Of a stretch of 64,000 nucleotides of DNA, positions 10,151 through 21,673 are shown piece after piece. The position numbers and the translations under genes are program-made. This stretch comes from Alphaproteobacteria bacterium (lineage in GTDB: Bacteria > Pseudomonadota > Alphaproteobacteria > UBA8317). Within the stretch, counting starts at the first letter, position 1, and every line of letters begins with the position of its first letter. The notes under the pieces were generated by a model. It searched no databases, was not told the origin of the DNA, and saw only the letters and a program-made list of their open reading frames with translations. Location of the stretch: the NCBI GenBank assembly GCA_038131935.1, contig JAYPQH010000032.1, forward strand, positions 96,001-160,000, read 5' to 3'.

Positions 10151-10777
10151 ATGCCAGACTTAAAGATTCTTGGTCGTAAGAACTCTGTAAATGTTCAGAA
10201 GGTCATGTGGTGCCTCGATGAGTTGAATATCGCAGCAACACGCGAGGATTACGGCGGTGCTTTTGGAGGAAACCGAACAGAGGACTATCTATCCATGAAT
10301 CCCAACGGTAAGGTACCAACAATGATTGATGGTGACTTCGTACTATGGGAATCGCAAGCCATTGTGCGCTACCTTGCGGAAAATTATGCGTCCGCGCCTT
10401 TCTTCCCTAATGCATTGAATGAACGCTATTTATGTCATCAGTGGATGGATTTTTATATTGCAGAATTACACCCAGCAATGACAACAATTTTTTGGACATT
10501 GATACGTACAGCACCTGCAGATAGGGACAACATAGCCCTAGAAAAAGCAATAAACATAGCTAATCTCGCCTGGAAGATAGTGGACAAACATCTATCACAA
10601 TCAGAATATATGGTCGGTAACACATTCACCTTCGGGGATATTCCCCTAGGTTGTGCAGCCTATCGTTGGCACAATTTGGAGATTACACGTGACGACCTTC
10701 CACATTTAAAACGCTGGTATCAAGAGCTAACAAAGAGACCATCATTTCAAAAGCATGTCATGCTCCCACTTACCTGA
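10151..10777 (+). CDS. Glutathione S-transferase (GstB/YliJ-like)
   Basis: GRKNSVNVQKVMW, MNPNGKVP, LWESQAIVRYL. Confidence 0.92.
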   Translation: MPDLKILGRKNSVNVQKVMWCLDELNIAATREDYGGAFGGNRTEDYLSMNPNGKVPTMIDGDFVLWESQAIVRYLAENYASAPFFPNALNERYLCHQWMDFYIAELHPAMTTIFWTLIRTAPADRDNIALEKAINIANLAWKIVDKHLSQSEYMVGNTFTFGDIPLGCAAYRWHNLEITRDDLPHLKRWYQELTKRPSFQKHVMLPLT

Positions 10778-10874
10778 ATGACGCGCTTTAGCTATCCGCA
10801 TAAACTATCTTAGACGCTCATCATTAAATATCGCCTGAATAAGATAGTGCCTGAATTAGATGTCGCATGAGACA

Positions 10875-10951
10875 TGGTCGGAGTGGCCGGATTTGAACCG
10901 ACGACCCCCACACCCCCAGTGTGGTGCGCTACCAGGCTGCGCTACACTCCG
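10875..10951 (-). tRNA. tRNA-Pro(GGG)
   Basis: CGGAGTGTAGCGCAGCCTGGTAGCGCACCACACTGGGGGTGTGGGGGTCGTCGGTTCAAATCCGGCCACTCCGACCA; 77 nt, encoded CCA. Confidence 0.97.
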
Positions 10952-11003
10952 CCAAACTCATCTCCTAACTCATAATCACAGCACACGGCAAGACTCACAA
11001 TCA

Positions 11004-11414
11004 TTAAAACTTTGCTCTTAAGTCTCGAAGAATAACAAGGCTCTCTTTAAGCGAGACAAGGTCCAATGTCTTGCTCATGGGAGTGTTATCAGCCGATAAG
11101 GCGTCATCATTTTCTTCCTGTTTTTGCGTCTGAGAAAGATTGGGAGCTATCTGAATAGTTTTTGCTTTCTGAACACCATGCTCCCGCAAAACCTTTTGCG
11201 CCATTTTCAGTGTGAAGCCACGTTCATCTAATAAAAATTGTATTGTCCTAATAATTTCCAAATCTTCTGAACGATAATAGCGACGTCCTCCAGCACGCTT
11301 CATCGGCCGTAATTGGCCAAATTTTGTTTCCCAAAAGCGTAAAGTATGCTGGGTGACACCAACTTCTTCTGCTACTTGGGAAATCGTCTGAAATCCACCT
11401 GCACTTTTTTCCAC
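11004..11414 (-). CDS. MerR-family transcriptional regulator
   Basis: TISQVAEEV...LRFWETKF...KRAGGRRYY; conserved position after ihfA. Confidence 0.92.
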   Translation of the reverse strand: MEKSAGGFQTISQVAEEVGVTQHTLRFWETKFGQLRPMKRAGGRRYYRSEDLEIIRTIQFLLDERGFTLKMAQKVLREHGVQKAKTIQIAPNLSQTQKQEENDDALSADNTPMSKTLDLVSLKESLVILRDLRAKF

Positions 11415-11422
11415 GAAAAAAC

Positions 11423-11719
11423 CTATCCGCCAGTTTTCTGTTCAACCAATTTTTTTAAATGCTGCGAAGCTCTAAACGTTATCACCCTCCTTGGCGTGAT
11501 GGGAACCTCATCGCCTGTCTTAGGGTTTCGTCCGATACGCTCATTCTTATCACGCAAATAGAAACTTCCAAATTTTGCTATTTTTACTGTCTCACCATTT
11601 TCCATGGCGTTCAAAATTTCATCAATGATCAAATCCACAAACTGGGCACATTCATCACGAGAAAGTCCAAGTTCTAGATGTATAGCATTTGATATGTCGG
11701 CACGGGTAAGCGCAGTCAT
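11423..11719 (-). CDS. ihfA: Integration host factor alpha
   Basis: LTRADI, GRNPKTGDEVPITPRRV. Confidence 0.95.
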   Translation of the reverse strand: MTALTRADISNAIHLELGLSRDECAQFVDLIIDEILNAMENGETVKIAKFGSFYLRDKNERIGRNPKTGDEVPITPRRVITFRASQHLKKLVEQKTGG

Positions 11720-11800
11720 GTGGTCCTCGGATTATCTGTTGTGTATCACAAAAAAAATTGTCCCACGTACAGACAAAATTTGCAAATAGTACTTTGGATG

Positions 11801-12760
11801 CTATGTGCGCAAAATGGCGGCACCCCAGGTTAATCCTCCACCCATTGCCTCTAATAGTAACGTTTGATTAGGAAGAATGCGGCCATCTTTCCGCGCTTTA
11901 TCTAACGCCAAGGGTACTGAAGCGGCTGATGTATTCCCATGCTCTCCTATGGTCACAATAACTTTATCAAAGTCAATTTGCAGCTTCCGTGCAGTAGACA
12001 AAAGAATTCGCTTGTTCGCCTGATGGGGAACAATCCAATCGATATCGGAAGCAACCAAGCCTGCTTTTTCCATCACTTCTTGAAGAACATTTGAAAGCTC
12101 GGTAACAGCATGCTTGTAAACTTCTTGTCCCACCATACGCAAATGCCCAACGGTTTTGGTACGTGACGGGCCTCCATCAACATACAAAAGGTCATGATGT
12201 CGCCCATCCGCGTGCAATGCAGTGGCAAGAATTCCACAATCTTCATCGGTTGACGCATCAAGTATAACGGCACCAGCACCATCACCAAAAAGAACGCAGG
12301 TTGTGCGATCCTCAAAATCAAGAATTTTTGAAAATGTCTCAGCACCAATCACCATAGCTCTTCGCGCTGACCCTGAACGTATCATGCTATCTGCCACCGA
12401 TAATGCATAAATAAACCCAGAGCAAACGGCCTGAATGTCAAATGCTGGCACGCCATGGCAGCCCAATGCAGCTTGTACCTTTGCAGCAACAGCAGGAAAG
12501 GTAAAATCGGGTGTTGCGGTCGCAACGATAACCAAATCTATGCTTGTTGGATCAATGTTTGCGTCTTTAACAGCGTCAAAAGCCGCAGCACATGCGAGGT
12601 CAGAAGTAAATTCGCCATCCGCAACCCTATGACGCTGTTTGATACCCGTTCTCTCTTGAATCCAAGCATCAGTTGTCTCAACGATTGATGCCAATTCTTC
12701 ATTTGTCACAATTCTTTTAGGCAAATATGAGCCCGTGCCACATAATACAGAGCGAACCAT
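11801..12760 (-). CDS. fabH: 3-oxoacyl-ACP synthase III
   Basis: AVCSGF, PHQAN, GNTSAAS. Confidence 0.97.
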   Translation of the reverse strand: MVRSVLCGTGSYLPKRIVTNEELASIVETTDAWIQERTGIKQRHRVADGEFTSDLACAAAFDAVKDANIDPTSIDLVIVATATPDFTFPAVAAKVQAALGCHGVPAFDIQAVCSGFIYALSVADSMIRSGSARRAMVIGAETFSKILDFEDRTTCVLFGDGAGAVILDASTDEDCGILATALHADGRHHDLLYVDGGPSRTKTVGHLRMVGQEVYKHAVTELSNVLQEVMEKAGLVASDIDWIVPHQANKRILLSTARKLQIDFDKVIVTIGEHGNTSAASVPLALDKARKDGRILPNQTLLLEAMGGGLTWGAAILRT

Positions 12761-13806
12761 TATGTTTTCAACCGTTCTTGAGTGTTTGCAGCTTGCTGAG
12801 ACAGCCCAATAACTTGTTTGGCCAATTTGTTCACGATGTCACCTCTAGATAGGTCAATAGCAAGATCAAGGGCCGATGCGAATCCGAGTGCATCACTGCC
12901 ACCATGGCTCTTCACCACCAACCCATTAAGCCCCAATAAAGGACCACCGTTAACCCGACGAGGGTCGACCCTGTTCCGAAAAGCACGCAAGGACCCTCGC
13001 GCAAAAAAATAGCCCAATTTTCCACCCCATGAACTGGACAACGCTGCGCGCAAATATGCGCCAACCTGTTGCGCTGTTCCCTCCGCAGATTTCAATGCAA
13101 TGTTGCCAGTAAATCCATCTGTGACGACTACGTCAACAATTCCTTTACCGATATCATTACCTTCAACGAAACCATGATAGTGGAAGTTATCTCCTGCACA
13201 ATCAATAAGTAAGGATTGTGCATCACGTAATTCGTCACGCCCTTTGAGATCTTCTGACCCGATATTCAACAAACCTACCGTTGGTTTCATGATACCAAGC
13301 CCCAAGCGAGCAAACTCTACACCCATGAGTGTGAATTGGGTAAGCTGAGATGCGGTTGCGTCAATGTTTGCACCAACATCCAGCACAACGCTTTCAGCAC
13401 GCAAGGTTGGCCAAATAGCCGCAATCGCTGGCCTATCAAAGCCATCAATCATTCTCAATTGTAGTTTCGCCATAGCCATCATCGCACCAGTGTTTCCACC
13501 AGAGACAACACCCATGGCCCTCCCCTCTTTTACTTCTTCGATGGCGCGCCATAGGGAGGTCTGTTTGCCATGTCTCAAAGCGTGAGAAGGCTTGTCTTCC
13601 ATACCAACTTTGTCTGGAGCATCAACAAAAGATACAACGCTAACCAACTCTGCATCGGAGCCCAAAGCATCTTGCATTTGGTCAACCGGCCCAACGAGAA
13701 TGAACCTTATATCGCGGTTACGTTGTTTACTAAGACGCATTCCCTCAACAACCGCATCTGGCGCAAGGTCTCCGCCCAGGCCATCAACCGCAATCACGAT
13801 GCTCAT
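12760..13806 (-). CDS. plsX: Phosphate acyltransferase
   Basis: GGDLAP, GNTGA, DGFTGN, KSHG. Confidence 0.96.
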   Translation of the reverse strand: MSIVIAVDGLGGDLAPDAVVEGMRLSKQRNRDIRFILVGPVDQMQDALGSDAELVSVVSFVDAPDKVGMEDKPSHALRHGKQTSLWRAIEEVKEGRAMGVVSGGNTGAMMAMAKLQLRMIDGFDRPAIAAIWPTLRAESVVLDVGANIDATASQLTQFTLMGVEFARLGLGIMKPTVGLLNIGSEDLKGRDELRDAQSLLIDCAGDNFHYHGFVEGNDIGKGIVDVVVTDGFTGNIALKSAEGTAQQVGAYLRAALSSSWGGKLGYFFARGSLRAFRNRVDPRRVNGGPLLGLNGLVVKSHGGSDALGFASALDLAIDLSRGDIVNKLAKQVIGLSQQAANTQERLKT

Positions 13807-13823
13807 GATGACCTCATTAATTG

Positions 13824-14009
13824 CTATACGGACGGTTCAACGTTAACAGTTTCACGCTCACGATAAAAGCCGCAAGAATTACAAATATGGTGCGGTAACT
13901 TCAATTCGCCACAATTAGGACATTCATTTGGATTAGCCGCAACAATACCATCATGAGCACGACGGTTGTTTCGTTTTGCGCGGGTCACTTTCTTTCTAGG
14001 TACAGCCAT
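13824..14009 (-). CDS. rpmF: 50S ribosomal protein L32
   Basis: MAVPRKK, CPNC...CNSCG. Confidence 0.97.
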   Translation of the reverse strand: MAVPRKKVTRAKRNNRRAHDGIVAANPNECPNCGELKLPHHICNSCGFYRERETVNVEPSV

Positions 14010-14110
14010 AATCAAACTCCACAGGCTCTTAAGTTCATGCCTGGTCTATTACACAACAAGCGCCGGACAATAACGATTTGTGTCAATTTAGCAAGCCCAA
14101 ACAAACATTT

Positions 14111-14641
14111 CTAATCATCTGGAAATAATTTTTCTTTCAACGATGCAAATGGCGATGGCTTTTTGTCTATCTCCTCGGAAATAACGGCCTTAAAACTCGC
14201 CTGAGGCTTCTTAGGAAATGCAGGAATTGCCACAGCGAGTATCTCGTGTACGAATACCAACAAGTCTAGTCCTTCTTCCGTTAGCAATTCTGGAAGATCA
14301 CCTTTATACTGATCTAGAATAATATCACCATCATGTTCTGGCAGAGATGGCATGAGTGATTCTGGCAAAAATTCTGCATCTAACACTTCATCAACAACAA
14401 AAGTGAATGGCTCTAACGTTATTCCACATTCCAATTCCACCTGCGCGGTTAACCGTCCCTTAAGATGAAGTCCCATCATCATTTTTACGGGCGTTAAGAT
14501 TACATCCAATGCCACATTTTTTAGATCAAGAACATTAAGATCACGACACCATTGCTCACATATTTGTTGATCAATTGATAAGCTAAATGGTGTCTCGCCT
14601 TTCAAATCTTCTGGTTTGATCAAAGGTTCATTCAAATTCAT
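14111..14641 (-). CDS. YceD/DUF177 family protein
   Basis: CGITLEP, AIPAFP, SPFASLK; upstream of rpmF; own RBS. Confidence 0.85.
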   Translation of the reverse strand: MNLNEPLIKPEDLKGETPFSLSIDQQICEQWCRDLNVLDLKNVALDVILTPVKMMMGLHLKGRLTAQVELECGITLEPFTFVVDEVLDAEFLPESLMPSLPEHDGDIILDQYKGDLPELLTEEGLDLLVFVHEILAVAIPAFPKKPQASFKAVISEEIDKKPSPFASLKEKLFPDD

Positions 14642-14669
14642 CGCAATCCCCATCTCCCATCTAGATAGG

Positions 14670-15208
14670 TTACACAACTTCCGGAAATTCACGCGTATCA
14701 CCAGGAAAGACAAATCCCACATCAAAAGATCTTTAGGCAATTGCTGTAATTTTACTGAAATTCCTTTCGCATAGATTATCATATTATGTAGCGATTGATC
14801 CGGTAACCCCTCCTGTTCACGGAAAAGATTTTTCTGCAATGCTTCTTTCCAAGGATCGTCTTCACCAAGCTCCGCAGCTTGTTTGTAAGAGCGAGCGCGT
14901 CCCCAAAATGCTTCAGCCATGCCCCTAACTTTTTTGCCAACGACAAGATCACCTACCCCAAACTCTCGTAATGAGCGATCAAAGTCTTTATACATAACCT
15001 CAACAATATCATGACCGAGGGATTCAAGATTGTGCCTTTCTAAGGCCACCAAAATTAACGAAACATGCAAGGCCACAAGCTCAAAACGGCCTGCGATTTC
15101 GTCCGGTACGCCGGCGTGCGTGTAGAACCAGGGATCACGTGCGCGCTCAACTGCAGCAAAATACACATCCTCATGAGGCCTTTCTTTTGAGAACCAACCC
15201 AATACCAT
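14670..15208 (-). CDS. Ubiquinol-cytochrome c chaperone (Cbp3 family); probable frameshift near 14727
   Basis: GVPDEIAGRFELVALH, DRSLREFGVGD, AFWGRARSY. Confidence 0.85.
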
Positions 15209-15308
15209 TGTCAATTTCACCTTTGCTGTAAGCCTATTATTGTGCAAATCATTCACGACGTTATATGTACTGATATGTAATAATGTCATGAGCCAAACGC
15301 TTTTATTT

Positions 15309-15773
15309 ATGGTTAAGGAAAAAAAATTGCATCGTAGATATATTGCCTCTCTTTTTCTCATCTTGATGCTTATACCCGTTACAGGATGTACAGTGAAAGA
15401 GAGCTATCATGGCGCAGCCATCATGATTGAAGAAAATCTTGCAGCTATACGTGTTGGTTCTGATAACAAGGCTACAGTTAATGCAAAGCTTGGAAGCCCA
15501 ACAAATTTAGCACCATTAGATCAGAACCGCTGGTTATATGTGGCACAAAAAATGCGCACAAAAAGCTTCACCTACCCCAAACCAGAAGACATGAAAGTCA
15601 TCGAGATTTTATTTGATTCAAATGGCGTGGTACAGGGTGTGAACAGGCTAAATATTGATGATTATGTGCGTATCAAACCAAATGAAAACATCACCAAAAC
15701 CTACGGTCGATCAGAAAGTATCCTCAGTGAGCTTTTTGGCAACATTGGTCGCTTCAGCCCAGGTATGGAATAA
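15309..15773 (+). CDS. bamE: Outer membrane assembly lipoprotein BamE
   Basis: Lipobox VTGC, LGSP, WLY, LFGNIGRF. Confidence 0.88.
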   Translation: MVKEKKLHRRYIASLFLILMLIPVTGCTVKESYHGAAIMIEENLAAIRVGSDNKATVNAKLGSPTNLAPLDQNRWLYVAQKMRTKSFTYPKPEDMKVIEILFDSNGVVQGVNRLNIDDYVRIKPNENITKTYGRSESILSELFGNIGRFSPGME

Positions 15774-15776
15774 TAT

Positions 15777-16236
15777 CTATGCCCCCAAACCATGGTGACG
15801 GACCAAACCATCTAATACACCATTTACAAACTTTGGTTGCTCCTCACCATCAAAAAAATCTTTGGCAATTTCAATATATTCGTCCAAAACAACCTTAACT
15901 GGCACATCACTCACCAACAAAAGCTCAAAAAGTTGCAACCCTCAACAATGCACGCAAAGTCGCATCAATCCTATTTAATGGCCAATCTTTAGGCAGCATG
16001 ACTTTGAGGGCCGCGTCAATCTTCTTTTGTTCCTGTGCCACACCAGATACCAACTTCTCAAAATATCCTTGATCCTCATCCACCAAATTGTTGACATCTT
16101 CCCCATCACCAAAATGGCCAAAAGCAAGCATTTCTTTAATGGTAGAAAAGGATAACTGCCCAACATCCATAGCATACAAAGCTTGTACAGCCATAAAACG
16201 TGCCAGCGATCGGCCCAGATATTGTGGTTCATTCAT
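15777..16236 (-). CDS. nusB: Transcription antitermination factor NusB (frameshift near 15930)
   Basis: [13 protein letters not shown]; next frame [25 protein letters not shown]...FVNGVLD. Confidence 0.93.
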
Positions 16237-16287
16237 GATGATACGCCACGGGATATGATCCCGTCCTCCGAGACAGTGACGTATTAA

Positions 16288-16695
16288 TCACGATAGATCC
16301 GCAAGTATGATGGCAGCATCCACGGCATGAGCTGCTTTGTTGCCCTGACGTATATCAGCGCGTTCTAGTGCCTGCGCCTCATCCTCAGTTGTAAGGATAC
16401 CATTGCCGATAGCCAATTTGTTGTTTGTTGTAAGATCCAAGATGCCCCGTGCGCTCTCAGAAGCTACAATGTCAAAGTGAATAGTCTCACCACGAATTAC
16501 ACAACCTAATGCAACAAAAGCATCATATTTATGAGCTAGTCGCGCGATCGCACCAGGAATTTCAAGTGCCCCTGGAACCGTCACAACATCATAAGAGGCC
16601 CCACGGTCAGCACAACGGGTTTTTGCTCCTTCTAGGAGCATATCAGCGATATGATCATAATACCGTGCTTCAACAATACAAATACGCATCGTCAT
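16288..16695 (-). CDS. ribH: Lumazine synthase
   Basis: [20 protein letters not shown]. Confidence 0.95.
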   Translation of the reverse strand: MTMRICIVEARYYDHIADMLLEGAKTRCADRGASYDVVTVPGALEIPGAIARLAHKYDAFVALGCVIRGETIHFDIVASESARGILDLTTNNKLAIGNGILTTEDEAQALERADIRQGNKAAHAVDAAIILADLS

Positions 16696-16720
16696 ATTTT
16701 CGTTCCTTATTTTCAGCATT

Positions 16721-17812
16721 TTAGCGCAAGGGTCGGGTTCCACAAATTTTAAGTCCGTAACCTTCCAAAGCTACAAGTGAGGGTTGAGGCGAGTTGGAAA
16801 TCAATTCTATATTTCTGGCTCCAAGCTCATAAAGAATGCGTGCTCCTATTCCATACTCTCGCAACATCTGTCCAGCAGAGGTATTCTCGTCGAAGCCTTG
16901 TGTAATTTGGCTCCGCTCAGGATCATGGAGAAGTACAATGATGCCCTCATCCCATTGATGAAGACGCTTCATGGCATCGCGCAAAGCATAATGCCGGTTC
17001 TCAGCATGGAGCATCCCAATTAAATCATGCAGAAGATTAACTGCGTGGACACGTACAGGAACAGTTTTGGTTGGATCTACATTCCCCTTAACAATGGCTG
17101 CATGCTCTCGGCCATCAATACGATCCCGAAATAAAATCAAGCGCACAACGCCTGCATGTAAACTATCCAATGTGGTATCTGAAATAACTTCAAGGAGATC
17201 ATCATGTCGGCGTCGGTATGCAATCAAATCAGCAATGGTGCCAATTTTAATGGAATGCTCTTCTGAAAACTTCAACAATTCAGGCATTCTTGCCATCGTT
17301 CCATCATCATTCATGATCTCACAGATAACACCAGCTGGGTATAAACCCGCCAAACGAGCCATGTCACAAGCAGCCTCGGTATGCCCAGAGCGAACAAGTA
17401 CACCACCTTCCCTCGCAACGAGGGGAAAGACGTGACCAGGCGACACAATATCTGAAGCCGTTTTATTGAGATTGATGGCTGTCGCAATTGTATGGGCACG
17501 ATCATGCGCAGATATACCGGTAGAAATCCCCTCGCGCGCTTCGATAGATACAGTGAAGTTTGTTTGATGGCGGGACTGGTTTCGGTGGCTCATCAGGGGG
17601 AGCTGAAGCTGTTCTGCTCGCTGCTTTGGTAATGTCAAACATATCAACCCTCGGCCATATTTTGCCATAAAATTGATCATATTAGGCGTAGCCATCTGTG
17701 CTGCACACACCAAATCACCCTCATTTTCGCGATCTTCCGCATCCATGAGAATAACCATCCGACCATTTCGAAGCTCTTCGATTAGTTCGGCTGTTTCGGA
17801 TATTTTGCTCAT
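16721..17812 (-). CDS. ribB: DHBP synthase with degenerate GTP cyclohydrolase II-like C-terminal domain
   Basis: [28 protein letters not shown]; C-domain lacks Zn-binding Cys. Confidence 0.93.
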   Translation of the reverse strand: MSKISETAELIEELRNGRMVILMDAEDRENEGDLVCAAQMATPNMINFMAKYGRGLICLTLPKQRAEQLQLPLMSHRNQSRHQTNFTVSIEAREGISTGISAHDRAHTIATAINLNKTASDIVSPGHVFPLVAREGGVLVRSGHTEAACDMARLAGLYPAGVICEIMNDDGTMARMPELLKFSEEHSIKIGTIADLIAYRRRHDDLLEVISDTTLDSLHAGVVRLILFRDRIDGREHAAIVKGNVDPTKTVPVRVHAVNLLHDLIGMLHAENRHYALRDAMKRLHQWDEGIIVLLHDPERSQITQGFDENTSAGQMLREYGIGARILYELGARNIELISNSPQPSLVALEGYGLKICGTRPLR

Positions 17813-18420
17813 GAGAGTTTTCCTTGTACTTGGAGCATTCGTGCAAGATAACGAGCCAACATGTCCACCTCAAAGTTCACCATATGCCCAACCTCAAGGC
17901 TTTTCAAATTGGTGACAGCCCAAGTATGTGGAATGATGTTAACAGAAAACCTTGTGTCATCTACATCATTAATGGTCAAAGACACCCCATTTAATGCTAT
18001 TGAACCCTTTGCAGCCACAAACCCTTTCCAATTATCAGGGACTTCAAAAATCAAAACATGATTGTCGCCCAGCCTTTCACACGACACAAGCTTTGCTTGA
18101 CCATCAACATGGCCACTAACAATATGCCCCCCCAATTCTTCGCCCAACCTAAGTGAGGGCTCCAAATTGATTTCCTCACCAAGCCTCCATGAAGATGCGC
18201 CTGTGACCCTCAAAGTTTCTTGGGAGAGATCCGCAGAAAACTGCCAATGGCTATCTGTTTTCTGTATGTTAAGCACTGTTAAGCAACATCCATTACAGGC
18301 CATAGATGCACCTTCTTTCGCGTCCCATTCAAAATATGGCGTTTCAAAACGCATGCGTTTTTCATCATCGCCTTTTACATCAATCAGACGCCCAAGACCT
18401 TTGATCAAACCTGTAAACAT
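17809..18420 (-). CDS. ribE: Riboflavin synthase
   Basis: MFTG, GCCLT, GGHIVSGHVD, GVSLT. Confidence 0.96.
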   Translation of the reverse strand: MFTGLIKGLGRLIDVKGDDEKRMRFETPYFEWDAKEGASMACNGCCLTVLNIQKTDSHWQFSADLSQETLRVTGASSWRLGEEINLEPSLRLGEELGGHIVSGHVDGQAKLVSCERLGDNHVLIFEVPDNWKGFVAAKGSIALNGVSLTINDVDDTRFSVNIIPHTWAVTNLKSLEVGHMVNFEVDMLARYLARMLQVQGKLS

Positions 18421-18423
18421 AAA

Positions 18424-19488
18424 TTATCCCCTCGAGAGTGACGTAGCATCTGCGTTGTGATCAAAAATATATCGGCATAACATATCGCGTCCAACTTCTC
18501 TTTGTTCAACCAACGACATACCATCAAGCATCTGTAGTTGCCTTAATCCTAACGGCCCTATACCAGGCTGACATTCTGACCCTAAAATCAATGGTGATTG
18601 ATAGATAAACAACTCATCAACAAGTTGATGGCGTAACAATGATGCAGCCAATGCCCCCCCTGATTCAACAAGCAAGTTGTTGATGCCCCTTTTGGCCAAC
18701 ATGTTCAGAGAAGATTTCAGGTTAGGATATCCTTCCTCATCAGATGGAACCGTTATATCCGCATCAGACCCCGCTCCAATACTCATTGCATTATCAGGCA
18801 TGTAACCATGTGAATGACGTCCTTGAAGAACAAAAATCTTTGGTTGAAGCATGTGACCACCAAGCCTACATGTTAGTGATGGCTTGTCTCTATCTGCTGT
18901 TATTGCACCAACCATGATTGCGTCTGCTTCATAACGCAAAATATGGCTATGGACCCTCGCCTCTTCCCCCGTTATCCATTGAGAATGGCCGTTGGGCAAT
19001 GCCGTTCGCCCATCTTTCGACATGGCAACCTTAAGCCTTACATACGGACGCTGCGCTTGAATTCGTGTAAGAAATCCAGCCATATGGTATCTAGCATCTT
19101 TTTCCTCAACTCCAGTCACAACAGTTATTCCTGCGTGTTCTAGTGCCGCAATACCCTTCCCCGCTGTACGTGAATCTGGATCAATCAGCCCTACAACAAC
19201 GAGGCTTGGTTTTCTTTGGATTAAGAATTGAGCACAAGATCCCGTAACCCCCTCATGAGCACAGGGTTCAAGCGTCACCGCAATAACGTCACCAGCTTGC
19301 ACGTCGACGAGTTGAGCTTCAGCATGCGGGCGTCCACCTTGCGCAGTCGCGCAAACCTGCCGCAAACTATTGTCGCGCCAATGAGCCACCCCAACATTTG
19401 GGTTGGACCCGGTTTGACCACGCGCTTGTGCTGATGCACGAAGCGCAGGTCGCATCCATCTTATGGCGTCGGCATTATTCTTGGTCAT
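18424..19488 (-). CDS. ribD: Bifunctional riboflavin deaminase/reductase
   Basis: PHAE, TLEPCAH...C, SQWITG, LVESGG. Confidence 0.93.
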   Translation of the reverse strand: MTKNNADAIRWMRPALRASAQARGQTGSNPNVGVAHWRDNSLRQVCATAQGGRPHAEAQLVDVQAGDVIAVTLEPCAHEGVTGSCAQFLIQRKPSLVVVGLIDPDSRTAGKGIAALEHAGITVVTGVEEKDARYHMAGFLTRIQAQRPYVRLKVAMSKDGRTALPNGHSQWITGEEARVHSHILRYEADAIMVGAITADRDKPSLTCRLGGHMLQPKIFVLQGRHSHGYMPDNAMSIGAGSDADITVPSDEEGYPNLKSSLNMLAKRGINNLLVESGGALAASLLRHQLVDELFIYQSPLILGSECQPGIGPLGLRQLQMLDGMSLVEQREVGRDMLCRYIFDHNADATSLSRG

Positions 19489-19939
19489 GCTTTTCCGGCA
19501 AACCACCTACGAATTCCTCAAAATCACGCGCCTCTCGGAAATTTTTGTACACAGACGCATACCGAACATAAGCCACGTCATCGACGGTCGCCAAAGCTTC
19601 CATAACCATTTCACCGATAAGCTGTGAGGGAACTTCTGTTTCACCCATTGACTCTAGTTGGCGAACTATCCCTGATACAAGTCGTTCCATGCGCTCTGGA
19701 GATACCTCCCTTTTGCGCAAGGCAATCGATACCGACCGATACAATTTATCGCGTTCAAATGGAACTTTCTTTCCAGTTTTCTTTAACACAATCAATTCAC
19801 GCAACTGCACCCGCTCAAATGTTGTGAAACGGGCACCACAACCGGAACAATTACGCCTTCGCCTAATCGCAGCATTGTCCTCTGTGGGACGGGAGTCTTT
19901 TACTTGTGTTTCATCATTTCCACAAAATGGGCAACGCAT
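19475..19939 (-). CDS. nrdR: Transcriptional repressor NrdR
   Basis: [23 protein letters not shown]. Confidence 0.97.
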   Translation of the reverse strand: MRCPFCGNDETQVKDSRPTEDNAAIRRRRNCSGCGARFTTFERVQLRELIVLKKTGKKVPFERDKLYRSVSIALRKREVSPERMERLVSGIVRQLESMGETEVPSQLIGEMVMEALATVDDVAYVRYASVYKNFREARDFEEFVGGLPEKHDQE

Positions 19940-19941
19940 CT

Positions 19942-21222
19942 TTAGCTCTTATAAATTGGAAACTGAAGGCAGAATTCTTTAATTTCTTGCTTAACGCGTT
20001 GTTCAATATCCTGGTTCCCATCTGCACCATGTTCAGCAAGTCCTGTGAGCACAACGTTAATCCAGTCTGCCACTTTGACAAACTCATCAACACCAAAACC
20101 TCTTGTGGTGCCGGCGGGGGTGCCGAGACGAATACCAGAGGTAACCATTGGCTTTTCAGGATCTTGAGGAACCGCATTTTTATTGCATGTCATCCCAGCA
20201 CGTTCCAACGCTTCATCGGCTTCATTGCCCTTAAGGCCTCTTGGTCTCAAGTCTACCAAGCACATATGACAATCTGTTCCACCTGATACAATTGCAAAAC
20301 CATGTTCTACCAGACGCTCAGCAAGTGCACGTGCATTATCAATAACTTGTTGGCAATATTGTTTATAATCAGGACGCAATGCCTCACCAAAAGCAACAGC
20401 TTTAGCGGCAATGACATGCATCAGGGGACCGCCTTGAAGACCAGGAAAAATGCCCGAGTTGAATTTTTTACCCAGTTCCACATCATTTGAGAGAATCATG
20501 CCCCCACGAGGCCCCCTAAGTGTTTTGTGCGTGGTTGTTGTAACCACATGGGCATGTGGCAGAGGGCTTGGATACAGACCAGAAGCAATAAGACCTGAAT
20601 AATGTGCCATATCAGCGAGCAAATAAGCTCCAACTTCATCAGCAATTTCTCGAAATGTTTTAAAATCAATGGCCCTTGGATAGGCAGAGGCACCGGCAAT
20701 GATCATTTTAGGACTATGCGTTTTGGCCAAGTCCCTCACTTGATCAAAGTCAATCAAATGGGTGGTTGGGTCAACACCATAATGCACCGCGGAAAACCAT
20801 TTACCGGATTGGTTGGGTTTGGCTCCATGAGTCAGGTGACCACCAGCCGCAAGATCCATGCCCAAAATGGTATCATGCGGTTTCAAAAGGGCAAGGTAGA
20901 CAGCTTGATTTGCCTGTGATCCTGAATGCGGCTGCACATTAGCATAAGCACATTGATAGAGGGCACAAGCCCGTTCAATTGCCAAATTTTCCGCCCGATC
21001 AACAACCTCACAACCGGCATAATAGCGTTTACCAGGATATCCTTCAGCATACTTATTGGTAAGAACGGAGCCTTGAGCTTCGCGCACTGCTTGTGATGTT
21101 ATATTCTCGGAGGCGATAAGTTCAATTTGGTTTTGCTGGCGTGCGAACTCATCTTGCATTACAGCGAACAAATCCGGGTCGATTTTTGCCAACCCTGCAT
21201 CAAAGAAATCACTCATGGTCAC
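19942..21222 (-). CDS. glyA: Serine hydroxymethyltransferase
   Basis: [30 protein letters not shown]. Confidence 0.98.
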   Translation of the reverse strand: MTMSDFFDAGLAKIDPDLFAVMQDEFARQQNQIELIASENITSQAVREAQGSVLTNKYAEGYPGKRYYAGCEVVDRAENLAIERACALYQCAYANVQPHSGSQANQAVYLALLKPHDTILGMDLAAGGHLTHGAKPNQSGKWFSAVHYGVDPTTHLIDFDQVRDLAKTHSPKMIIAGASAYPRAIDFKTFREIADEVGAYLLADMAHYSGLIASGLYPSPLPHAHVVTTTTHKTLRGPRGGMILSNDVELGKKFNSGIFPGLQGGPLMHVIAAKAVAFGEALRPDYKQYCQQVIDNARALAERLVEHGFAIVSGGTDCHMCLVDLRPRGLKGNEADEALERAGMTCNKNAVPQDPEKPMVTSGIRLGTPAGTTRGFGVDEFVKVADWINVVLTGLAEHGADGNQDIEQRVKQEIKEFCLQFPIYKS

Positions 21223-21673
21223 TACTCCATTTGTTTGTCATTCTGTCACCAACATACCTTTAGCAGATCAATCTTCAAAAATGACGAGACAAGCAGATCA
21301 GCCTTCCGATCTCTTGCTCTAGAAAGCTTGAGATGTCTCATCGGGGTTTAATGTCAGAATGTTTCCACCAAAATTAAATTTCATGAGAGGGATTGATCAT
21401 AGTTGACATGGTCTGGCAAGTGCATCCACAGCATTGATACCAATGAGTGGTCATTACACATTCATAAGTTCAATTGGACTGAAAAGGAAATATTCATTTC
21501 AGCCAATCTTTACGATCAATAGACAATAGTACCCATTATCGCATTTCGCAAATGGCCAGCATCTTTTACGATACGTTAATATTTAAAAATGATTCACAAC
21601 ATTGTCTGCACATATAGAGTGTGGCAATGTCCATTTATGTTTACACGGCTTGCTGGCATACGAGGAGCTACAT

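Noticed and set aside
14111-15361. 416-aa apparent Cbp3-YceD fusion
   Set aside because: Adding one base in the T-run near 14727 gives a normal Cbp3 end (FDVGFVFPGDTREFPEVV, stop 14670), and YceD has its own RBS and ATG at 14641; likely an indel artefact.
15777-16236. nusB (and pdxJ, phnK, phnM, cysE) as pseudogenes or programmed frameshifts
   Set aside because: Single homopolymer indels spread through core and accessory genes fit sequencing error; no slippery-site architecture was seen.
21240-21400. ZMP/ZTP riboswitch before glyA
   Set aside because: The conserved GACTGGCG and GCCTGGG elements were not found by eye; not called without a covariance search.
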